From NCBI RefSeq assembly GCF_964355755.1, contig NC_092674.1, positions 6,510,001 through 6,574,000 of the forward strand: a stretch of DNA of 64,000 nucleotides, read 5' to 3'. This document shows positions 1-12,400 of the stretch, piece by piece; position 1 is the stretch's first letter; each line of letters begins with the position of its first letter. A model generated the notes under the pieces. It ran no database searches and was not told where the DNA came from. It saw nothing but the letters and a program-made list of their open reading frames with translations. A program made the position numbers and the translations under genes. Source of the DNA: Antedon mediterranea (lineage: Eukaryota > Animalia > Echinodermata).

Positions 1-373
1 GAAGAATAGGGACTTCCCCTTTTATTCGCTCATCATCACGTCGACGACGACCGGCCACGAACCAATCACATTAACTGTGTGTCATTAAAACGTCATCGAG
101 GCACGCTCTGCGCATGTTTAAACAGAACTAAAAAAATGAACACGGCGATCGTGACGTCGTCACATAAAATGCTGTTGTGGTAAAAAGTGTACCCGAGTCA
201 GAAAGTACCGAAGTGTGGCGAATTCTCGCTCCCATAAGAAGTCACGCCGACCAGGCTAGGCCTAGGCTTGGAAATGTATTTTCGCCAATTTGGCGAACGA
301 GGCAATAATTATTTTCGCCAAATGGAGACTCCAGTCGCCATTGGCGAATTGGCGAGCGGTTAGCGCGAGCCTA
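1..373. mobile_element. Probable end of a hAT-like DNA transposon inserted into a MITE copy
   Basis: GC/CpG-rich block with repeated tcgcca/tggcga subterminal motifs. It ends in TAGGCTCGCGCTAACC (minus) and abuts the half-TIR tttgatagtgtagacag of the local MITE family. The other end is outside the window. Confidence 0.4.
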
Positions 374-411
374 GGGTTTGATAGTGTAGACAGACCTAAA
401 TAATTAAATAC

Positions 412-3400
412 CTGAGAAAACTGTCTGTTTTGAAAGAAAATGTTTGCAGAATTGAAGTAAGCGAGTGAATACGTTGGATCCTTTTTAATTGCTGCTTTAA
501 AATCTTTCATTGCATTCACTCTATCATCCATAAAGAGGTGGACCACTCCACGATTTGTGTACAGCTCGGCTGTCCCAGCGATCTTGAGGGCAGCATTCAA
601 GTCAAGCAGTGCTGCGAAAGTGTCCATCATTTGAAGACAGATGACAGACCGGCCTTCCAATGCTGGTTTGTAATCTGAAGTCAATCAAGGTTCAAAGGTC
701 AATACGGGAGAGAATGGTTCTGACATTATTATAATAAAGATTAAATAGGTGGTTTGGACATGAAGAGTTTGTGTAATATAAAAGGATATTCAAGACCAGA
801 AAAGGGGGAGATTGGAAGAGGAGATTACTAGTGAGAGAGGTCAACATACATGGCAGCCAGGTAAGGGAAAGGTGAAAGGATGTTGAAGAAGTTGCAGATA
901 GCAGAAAGACTTGAATACCAACAAGGATATAAATTTATCTTGAGAGAGGTTGTGTTGAGGACACAAGATCCAGAGAGATAGAAACTTGCCATTTGGGTAG
1001 AGGAATGCTGTAAGATAGAGTTGCCAACATGAGGCAGACATAAAGACCAACAAGGAGATACATTTATCTTCAGAGAAATTGTGTTCAGGACACACGATCC
1101 AGAGAGATGTACACTTGCCATGTTGGTAGAAGAATGTTGTAAGATAAAGTTGTCAGTAAAGGACAGACTGGAAGACCAAGAAGAAGAAGAAGAATGTTGC
1201 AGAGAGAAGTTGTAAGCAACAGGATACAGAGGGATGAGATGGACATTGGTCAAGTGGGAAAAAAGAATCCTGCAACAGGAAGAACAAGTAGATCATAGGT
1301 AGAGGAATGGTGTAAAAACTTTATACTTACTAGGATTGACTTTAAGACATGCTGTAAACTGTTCCCAAGCTTGCTGGAATTTTCCAGTCATTTGCAGGGT
1401 GTAGGCAAGATTCACTCTTGCAGGTAGACAGAGTGGGTTTAAGTGCAATGCTTGCTCATAGTCATGCCTAACAAATATAATTTCATTCGTTACCAGGAAG
1501 CTTTTGATTTGCGATTACTACCAAACTATGCCATGTTAATTCATTGTGTGCATGCGGAATATTGGGATGGGAGTCCTGCTTTTCACCCCAACATAGCTTT
1601 GATGGCTAAGGTCCAGATGACGACCGACAACACATCAATCAGTTCTCGCAAAACGAAAGCTCCATAATAATGATCAGTCGCTGTTAGACATAATCCAATT
1701 CCTAAAATACATAATCACAATTTTCTCTCCACCTGTACTAATTTTATTTGCCTACCTTGACATTTTCATTGCTATCTCGTGGTGGAAGTCCATCAGTGCA
1801 TTACCACGTCCAATGTAAGCATCGAGAAAGAATGGATCTATCTGAAGTGCCTCAGTATACACCAGTACAGCTTCTTCTAATTCATTTAATCTAACGAACA
1901 TAAATATAATTGCATACTGTATTACCTATTTCACAAATTTATACTCTCCACAATAGCACACATTCCCGTTGCCATATACACTCTTCACAATTATGCTAAG
2001 GCAGGACAATACATACAATATTATACAGATATTGACTGCTTAGAGGTTAAATATAAGATTTGACATCGGTAGTCATGTGATGCAGTTTCAACCAATCACG
2101 TTAGCGTATTTACATAGGCTATGTAATATAAAACAATAATACTAAGCATCATACTATTAATTTATTACTTAGGAAATATTTCGAATAAAACCAAATGTAT
2201 TTTCACTCCCAATGATCATGCCATAGTGTCAAAAATTATTAATACCTAAATTATTATTATTATTATAAAACTGAGTCTATATTTTTAAAATGTTATATAT
2301 TAACTGTACTATTCCAATTTTTTTTCAAATAGTGAAAAATTCAACTAGAAATTGAAACAAAATGTTCTTACTTATGACAGCAAAGTCCAAGTGTATGCCT
2401 GATGTTCACATTTCTTGGCTCAACCTGAAATTGAAAAAGAATGACAACTATAGTTATAAAAGAATACAGTCAACTCTTCGAGGTTGGCCAAATATGTCTG
2501 GTTTCCAGAAAGTCTGATATTCGGAATGCGTTTTTAATGGTAAAAAATGAATTTTTGGGAGAGTTTTCTGTATTTTTATCTTTTGTATTGTTTTGCCAAA
2601 ATGTCAAGAAAATTATGTCTATATCAAACTAGATGGAAAAAAATTGCTAGTTATATATCATCATGTCCATATATGGGCACATCACATTTTTTTGTCACAT
2701 AAGGTTTGATAGTGTAGACAGAGTTGAGAATGTTATTTTAGTTGTCTTTAAAAGAAACGTCTATCTCAATTTTATTTCATTTTGGAAATACATGATGTAA
2801 AAGCATTACTTCTATAGGGTTCATAGCCATGCAAACTTTAAACAATATAATATTTGTTTATGATAACATACCAAAATAGCTTGTGAAAAGTCTTCTTTAG
2901 CATTTTGATAGTCCTTCCTTTCAAAGTACAACAATCCTCTATTGATAAGAACCTAAAGATAATAAAAAGAATGAATCTATATCTAACATATCATTTCTGT
3001 AGATATTTGGCAGAGGTGAATCCATTCTCCATTGATAGTTGATGATATTTGAATGAATATATTTGTTTTTGAAAAAACCTTCTTTTCTATAGGGTCACCC
3101 CACTTTCATTCTATCTTAATATATAATTAATATACATAAGCTTTACATAAACATATCATTACCGTTTACATATATATATTTATATATACAGTACAGGCAC
3201 ACACATAAACATATCTATTCATTTACAATTCTAATTATTATAGTACTTTAGTCACTGTTATTTTTCATAATAATATTTTTGTAGAACCTTAAATAAGATC
3301 CATTGTATAGTACCAGTAGATTTAAAAGCCTATAGTTTTTAATAACAATGAGTTGATCTGGGCCTCTGTGGTTAAATAAAGTTAAATTTAATTGATTGGG

Positions 3401-6400
3401 GATGTATTGTGTAGCCATTATATAATACATATTATTTCATTAATTTTACCTTAAAAAAATTACTAAAATACAATAGGAAAAGAAGATTCAAAGACAGGAT
3501 TCCTAAAAAATTATGCTGAATCACTATCTAGTAGGTCTCCTCTATTGCAGTTATTGGAGATGCAAAACGTTTGGTACACCCTTAAACCTCTGTCTACACT
3601 ACCAAAGTTTATATGACAACAAAATATGCCCATATATAGACACGATGATGTCATAGCACTACCACATTTGGGCATATCACTACCATATTTGGCCAAATCA
3701 CACTTTTTTTGTCAAACCAGTTTGATAGTGTAGACAGAGCTTTACTGAAAGATATTATAACAATAACACAAGAAAAGTTAATTTATGTAACACACAAACC
3801 TTAAGTGAATTTTCGTCACCGAGCAGAAGAACAATTCCATAATCTCTGAGAGCTTTGGGATAATCTTTGACGGTATGATAGCAGACAGCCCTGTTGAAGT
3901 AGGCTAAGGAACACCGGTTATCAATCTCCAGGGCCTTGGAGAGGTCTTTGATGGCTAGCTTGTAGGCCATGATGTAGTATTTAAGGGCACCTCTGATAAC
4001 AAAAAAAACATATGCATTAAAACAATCTCAATAACATGCCAAAGCTTGTTTTTCATTATTTCTTCTACATAATTATCTCGGTTGGTGGTCTTATGGTAGG
4101 GTGTCTGCCTATCAACCAAAAGATTGGGTTAGCAACTGTAATAAGTTATTGAATCAGGTGAATTTGTTACAAAATGCAAAAAATCGGCGGCCACCTTTTA
4201 ATGTCAAATTTTTAAACTTTGCGGTAGTCTTCATAAATAGGTTTAGATAAAAAAAGCAGACACAAAAAAAAACACCTGGTATCATATCATCTCAGGATCT
4301 CCATCATTTTGTTATGGAGTCTGGATGATTCCCATAATACTTTCTATCATTTCATTTTTGCTAGCTGACATTCTCTGTAACAATGAAAAAACAGGACGCC
4401 ATTAATAACAAACTTGTTATTAGCACTGCAATGTCTAGGCAATCGTAACAATAATCGAAGAGCATTGTTGTAACATACCCATAGGGCACTAAGTGCATTG
4501 ACTGTGATTAGACCACAAAGAAGAGTAATACATACTCATGCAATAAGATTTAAACAGCAAGCATTTAAAACCAACAAAGCATTTAAAACCAACAGAGCAT
4601 TTATTTACTAAATTCATTTTTATTTTTTAAAATTTTTATTTTATTCAATCGAAACTAACAGCGATAATTACCGCCACTAACAGGTTTGATACAAACAAAG
4701 CCAGGTCTGTTTAAAGCACCTTGATTGGTCCTAACATTGACCAAGGGCTTCTCTCGTCCAGTGCCCACCTTGACCAGAAGTCTGAGGCAGATACTAGATG
4801 CAGGGGCTGCCATAAGAGTCAGCAGTGCCGATTTCAAATGCCTAACGGGACCCCAGCTCCATATACAGCACCCGTTATTCCCAGATGGTCTCCCATCCAA
4901 TCTCTAACCAGGCCCAACGTCGCTTAACTTCGGTGATCTGACGAGAACTGGTGTTTCAACGTGGTAAAGCCGTATCAAATTATGTGTATTGGCTCGAATA
5001 CATATAGATCTGTATTGACGCCTAATGTATAGTAATAACAATTACTTAAAAATTGGTTATTAAATTGTTATTCAGATTGATTAATTAAATTACAAATACC
5101 ATTTGTTTTATGTTTGGTTATACAAGATACAAGATACAAGATAACTTTATTGTCAAAATTGTTAACAATTTTGAGATATGTTTTGTACCTGAGTAGAATA
5201 AATAATACGATGTGATAACTATATAAATAAATACAAATGATACAATTGTGACTATCTTGAAAAGTTTTTGTTAAATAAATTGCATGCTATGTACATTGGT
5301 GAAAATCTTAAATGGTTAGTGGATATTTTTTCCTGTCTCAGTCTAACCCTTCCTGATCTACTTATAATGATGTCTGAATGTAATGGGTGTGATGGGTCTT
5401 GCATAATTGTGTCAAATTTCTTAAGTATATGAATATATTAAACATTTCCTCTAAAGATTTCACTTCTACACCGATAACTCTGCTGGCCTTGTTTACTAAT
5501 CTCTGAATTTGACTTTTACTGTTTACATTGATATGAGAAAACCAAACAATAATACAATAAGAAATGATTGATTGAACAACAGAGGAATAAAACATATGAA
5601 TAAGATGAGAACTAACATTAAACCGTTTCATTTTGTATATAAAGTACATTCTCTTATTAGCCTTGGTACGGAGTTCTTTAGTGTTGCTCTCCCAATTTAG
5701 TTTATTATCAATTATTAATCCCAAGTACTTATGACTTTCTACTATTTCACAATTTCATTATCGATTTAAATATTTACATGATTAGTTTTATTTTTCCTTC
5801 TAAAATCGACAATAGCCTCTTTAGTTTTTTTGACATTTAGTTCAAGAAAATTTTGTTTACACCAGACTACAAAATGTTCAACATATTATATCTATGTCCA
5901 TGTAAACTTTATATGTAAGTCTTAATTAATTCACATGGTTTTATTGCTTCTGTTGCAGCAAAGTACAACAACATCAATACTATTATCAGCTATTAAATAT
6001 CAATATTGTGAGATCAAAGCATTATAAAAAGGAAGGAAGTGGTGTTATAAGGATCCATTGACCAATCCGCCGATATCCCTTAACATCACCCAGACCTATA
6101 TACAATAAGAAATGGACAATACACAAAATAATTGAAACGAAATACTGCTATGGTAATTAGTAGCTGTATTATGAATTAATTATATGATCCTCGGGCATTT
6201 ACACTATTGTTGTAATTGTATGTAAAAACATTCAAGATCGATTCTATATCTACACAATTTTCTATTGTGTCAAAGTTCAAATTTTATGGATGAGAAATCT
6301 CTTGAACAAAATATTCATTGTCATCAACTACACCCAACAATGCCAAATGTATAGCGGCTGTGAAGTAGGACTGTGGGAAACTTACATCAAGAAAATAAGG

Positions 6401-9400
6401 TAAGTTGTAAACTTAAATAGTAAGTACAGGATTGCTGATGATTTCAACTATATTTGTTACTGTACCATTTAACAATGGAGGAATCACTCCATGTTTTAAC
6501 ACAATTGAAATTGTTTGCCTAACGTTGTATTTTTACAGATGTCAAGTCAAGAAGTGCAAGGTACTTGTTGCCAAGACCATCTAGACCACACAGTAGAAAG
6601 ATTTTGTACAACTTGTACTAAAAGTGTATGCAAGAAATGTGTTATGAGTTGTTATAAAGATCATCATGATATTATAAAGATGAATAGTGCCATAGAAGCA
6701 TTTAACAAACGAGTAACTGAAGTGATCAGGTCAGCTGATGATGTCAAGCAAGAATTAGAAAATACACTTGACTTTATAGTTAAGGACCAATCAGATTTTG
6801 ATTCACATGTAAACATGATCAGAGAAATTATTAAAACGCATAAAGAAACAATTATTTCTAAGGTTGAAAAGGAAAGCAAAAAACTATTGTTGGATCTTGA
6901 AAATGTATGTAAGCAAAAGAATGATGCCATTGACTGTCAAGTGAAAGAGCTAGAGTTACACCAAATGGAAGTGCAAAGTTTGAAGAAGTCAAGTTCAGAA
7001 ATGATGGACCAGCCAAAACAAACAAAAACACTTGATGATTTCAAGTCGGATATCAATGCCGTCAAACAAAACGTAAAGGAAATGAATTCCAGATATTTAT
7101 CTTGTGCAAATAATCTCAATCCGAACTTCACATTTAATACAGACCTGAATGATGCTCTCACAAAAGGCCTTGGTGACATCACAAGTATTGATAGTAGGTT
7201 CATCATTGACAAAGATAATAGATCCATTACAGTATCAAAGGGACAAACATTTGAAGTGAAAGCAGAAAGTCTGGATAAAAGTGATACATGTAAAGTAGCT
7301 GCTACTCTGACAACTCCATCAGGTGAAAAAACTGCCACTGTAGAAGACATGGGAAATGGAGAGTATAGAATAAAGGTAAGATGTGATAAGGAAGGTGATT
7401 GGAAGATGGAGATCACTGCTGGAGTAGCACACTTTAAAGGTTCACCAGTGATTATCAAAGTGGAACCACTAGGACTTGTACATACCATTGATAACATAAA
7501 TTCACACAAGAATGACAAACACAGTGTATCAGATGTAGTGTTAGATTCAGATGGTTGCATATTAGTATCCAGCTTCTGTAACGAGTTGTTGAAATATACC
7601 AAATCAGGTGAATTTGTTGCCAATATCAAACTAGCACAAACTACCATGGTTGGTAGAATGCATAACATGGGTAATGGTCACATTATGTACAGTGATGTAC
7701 TAAGGAAGGTTGTTGTGATGCTTAATGATAAATTTGAAGAGTGCGCTCAATTTGGTGAAGGAATATTAGAATGGCCAAAGGGATTGACAGCAAACAATGA
7801 AACACAAGTTTTGTATGTTGTAGATAGTAAAGCTAATTGTGTGTGTAAATTTGATATTGATGATGGTAGCCTGCTGAATAAGATAGTTGTAGAGGATGAA
7901 AATGACTTTGATTGCCCAAATGATGTGACTTTAACCAAGAAAGGACATTTACTAGTTACTGAATGGAGTAGAAGTAGAATATGCATGATTAATGCAAATG
8001 GTACCTTTATTAAAACACTTGTAAGTGAAGGTGAAGAAGATGGGAAAGTTATCCACCCTCGTGCTGTTGTAACAGACATGAATGAAAACATAATAATATC
8101 CAGTGAAAATAAAGTACAATTATTTGACAAAAATTGTGTTTTTTCAAAACGAATTGAAAATATTGATGGATTAAAAACTCCAGTTGGAATCACTGTAATT
8201 TCCAACAGACCACAAACAATAGCAGTAGCTGATCAGAAAACTAACAATGTTAAAATATTCAATTACTAAACAGTCTACATGTATATCTATATTCTTTATA
8301 TGGATTATATTTGAAATCAAAGAACTATTATTATTACTAGCAGGTACTCGTCCAATGGAAGGATACCATGATAAATTAAGTGCATACATGTTATAGAAAT
8401 GGATGTGTATAGCCTATGGCACGTCATATGAGAGTCTACCTACAAATAGGCAGAGTATTTATATTATAATATCTTGTTTTATATAATAATATCCTGGATT
8501 TATAAAGCATTTTATGTTGTGAAACATCTGTAAGCGCTGACCATACAGTAGAAACCGAGGGGGAAAAACTAAACCCAAACCGAAGTATGGGGATACGCCC
8601 TGGTCGGTAACCAGGGTTTGGTCTAAATTGAACCCTGGTGAGCACCAGTTGTGGCTCGGTCATCCCAGACGCCTCCTACCCTATAGTAAAGAAACCGAAA
8701 CTCATAAAGTGAATAGGTTTACTGTATTCTCAAGTTAGGGAAGACAGAAAGGTTGTTTCCCTGTTCACACATCAATATTGTCCTTTGATGTATTATATTT
8801 TCATATGTATTTTTTAATAAACAATGGGCGCATGAGATTACTATACCTCCATCCGGTTCAGAATTTATGTTCAAATGTTTAATATATTCTTTTATATTAA
8901 AATAGGCCTTCTACTGCTTTTGTGTTTTTTTTTGGTTTGTTTTTGGAATTCAATCTTTCTTCTTATTGTAGAATTGTGAAAAACGAAATTTTAAAATGCT
9001 TCTCTTTTACAGCATACTCATCAGCTGTTGGTCAGAATCAAAATGATACGTAGTGTTTTTTGCTTAAAATTTGCACATTGGGTTTATTAATCATTACGAT
9101 AAGACATTGCCACAATGTAAAGTTTTAATAAATGATGTGAGCATAATAATACCATATATATGAACTTTTTTTTAAACATTTCCAAACTCACAAACCCAGT
9201 GTAATATGTTTGCACATTAGTATTTCGATATGAATATAAATTTTCAATAAAAGGTCATATAACAAAGTTAGAAACATTTTACTGTTGTTAGAGGGTTTCT
9301 GCTGCTTTTACACATTTCTCAAGAAACTACTCGACTCTACTTCAGATTCCCTTCTTCATATTGGACATAGATCTGTTTATTCTTACAATCATTCTTCCTC

Positions 9401-12400
9401 TTACCTGTATAAGTAAGCTCTGACACTCCTAGGCTGCAGTTGTAAGGCTTCATTACAATTTACAATTGCTTTACTGTAGCGTCCCTTCATGCCATAATAT
9501 GCTGCCCTGCTAAGGAATGCTTGGTACAGCTTAGGATTCAGAGCTAAGGCACGATTGAAGTCCAAGATTCCTTTTGACTGCTTCAGCTTTGTCCGAGTTA
9601 ATCCTCTTTGGAAGAAAGCCTGTAAATATCAATAATAGGATTACTATGAATATATAACAAATTCCAAAATGAGTAACTTTAATTTGTGTATCAAGAATGT
9701 GGCTAGGAATGTTACAGGGACTTCTATTCCCCCAAAAATGGGGTAAATAGGGGAAAAACTCAAGATCCGATTGCTTTAGGCCTAGACTATATGAAATTGG
9801 CCTGCTCAACAAATTGTCAGTTAGTTAGGCCTGTACTAGTAAATTTGTTGCTGTTTTTTAGTTTGAAAAGGGGACGTTGAAGGGGTTCGTTCAAATCATA
9901 CTGGCTACGGACCTGTATGTATTTTAAGCATCATATTTATCTTGCATTAAAATAAATACAAATCAACATACCTCTGGATACTCTGGGTCAATCTTAATAG
10001 CACTATTAAATGCTTCATAAGCTTTAAGGTGATTGGGTATTTCAGTTTGGCACTGACCAATCAGGAAGTAGACTTCAGCTGCTTCAGGTGGGTACACTTG
10101 CTTGTCAATCAACCACGGTTTTTGTGGATGACACATCTACAAGAAAGATACAGTAATTTGTAAATGGATAAAGAGCTACTGTACTGTTTTGCATATAAAT
10201 AATATCTATATTATAAGATAGAGAGTTAGCATGTTTGTTCTTTTGTACTATTTTTGCCATACTGATGAATTAAATATGACGGATTGGTCATAGAAGGTTT
10301 TAAAACTTGGAAAACTGGAGCAGATATCTTTCCTAGTTGGATATAAAAAATAAAATACAAAACTTGCAATAATATCTCTATACATTAGAACAACTCCTTT
10401 TAGACACTTTTCCTTGAAACAAACAACGGACATTAGAGAGGTTTCGCAATCTTACGAATACGATAACGAAAACGGATACGTCACGCACACGTATTCGTTT
10501 TCGTAAGCCATAAAAAAACCTGTTTCGCATGGCAACGAAATATTGAGGCGCGTCCAAAATATGACTGCGGTAAATTTGAGCGAAGCGCAGGTATGTGTTG
10601 CTTGGTGCTTGGCTGCCTAGGCCTAGCGTAACATCAAAGCGAGTGAGGACTTTAAAAACTGCTATTTATCAAAATTGACTTGGCATTTTAGTAAATTACT
10701 TTAGTAAATTACTTTCAATAAATCTATAATTATATTATAATCATCAATCATTCCTAATTCAAATGCAAAATGTGCAAAATAGATCAAAAACTATACTCAT
10801 TTTGTAGTTACAAATATGAAATGGGGATCAGCTCAAAAGTTTCACAAATGTATGATGTATCCGTTTTCGTTATCGTATTCGTAAGGTTGCGAAACCTCAC
10901 TAATATTATATATTTTTACCAATACAGCCAACCCCTATTCAAAGACACCCCAATGACGAGAACACAAAGGTGAACCCTTATTAGGTGATTTACTACACTA
11001 GTATTTACCATTAACTCCAATGCTTTTTCTAGGCTCTCTACAGCCTGTGAGAACTTTTTAGCCTTCATCTGTGTCTTGCCCAGTAGGATAAACAGAGGAG
11101 CAGCTGGCTTCAGTCTCGCTGCTGTAGACAGTGTCTCTATAGCCTTGTTGTAATTGTGAAGAAATGACTGAACGGCTGCTTGCTGTGTTGGGGACTGGCC
11201 TAGCCCATGACTCAGTTCAGCTGCATGTCTAAAAACAAATTAAGCCGGTATAAGAGGTTGTAGACTAGTTGTTAGACACATCCTCAAAGAAGTTGTGAGA
11301 ACTAAACTAGTTTTAAATAGTGCTTATTATTTATTTTTATATAATTTCAAAATATCTTTCTACTCAATTTATATGAATAAAATTAATAATTAAAAAAGCA
11401 GTAACTTACTGTACACAAAAACTGGCCAGTTCAAAGTTCTTCATCTCAAGTAGAATTTCACCCTTTGAAAACAGACCAAAATGAAGGTCAATAGTATATA
11501 TCAAGTAAAGTCAAGTCAAGTATCATTTATTATCATTTGTTTTAAGAAAAAACATAGAAATTCTGTTTGCTCTGTTGGCGGAGCACAATATCCAACGGAC
11601 ACAACACAAACTCAAAACAAAAACATTACAAAAAAATGTCTACATGTTTAAGGCTCTAATAGCTCCTCACACACAAAGTGAGGGTCTAAGGTTATTAGAA
11701 AACCCAACTACAGCGCTCAATTATGAGATGCATAATGTAGGCAACCTCAACTCATATACGCCATCTCTGCACAATGCAGTACTACAGTAAAATATTATCA
11801 AAATTATCAATTATTATTAGATACTATGTATGTTATTTTTCTTCTCTTACCCTGTACATATAGTAGTGGTGCTGGTCTGGTCGGAGATGAATTGCTTTGG
11901 TGTAGTCCAGTAGAGCATGTTTTAACTAAAACCAAAAAAATAAAATAAGTTGTTTTGAAAATTAAATAATTATCCTTGTTTATTTAACATATGCCCAAAA
12001 TATTTATAGTATGATTGTATTGTATGGTTAGTGAAAAAAAATGAAAAAGTTGAAGAATAGTCTGAAATATAAACATTAATTTCTAACCATTTCTAAATAT
12101 TGATTCACTAAACCATAACATTACCAGTAAAAATTTGCTTTTGCCTAAAAAAATATCAAAATATTTACATACCTCATGAATGCGCTGGTATGCCACAGCT
12201 CTACATACAAGGGCCCTGACATAGGTCGGGTCAACCTTAATAGCATTGGTAAACTTCTGTAAAGCCCTTTGAAAGAACAAATACATTAAAGAGGGTGTCC
12301 CCTGAATAGGGGCTGCAGTGTTAAAACATATCGTTCCTCTCATTAATTTCTAAAGAAAGTCAAAAGGAGAAGTTTTACTGAATGTATATATATAACAGTA

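Noticed and set aside
828-1253. 141-aa and 84-aa minus-strand ORFs
   Set aside because: They lie in a TTC6 intron over a degenerate duplication; the flanking exons join without them and there is no domain signature.
4860-4977. Functional 5S rRNA gene
   Set aside because: Substitutions in conserved positions and the terminal stem, no oligo-T terminator, and it continues into a SINE-like body.
6664-8205. Minus-strand ORFs of 88-243 aa
   Set aside because: Antisense shadows of the TRIM-NHL coding sequence with no recognisable motifs.
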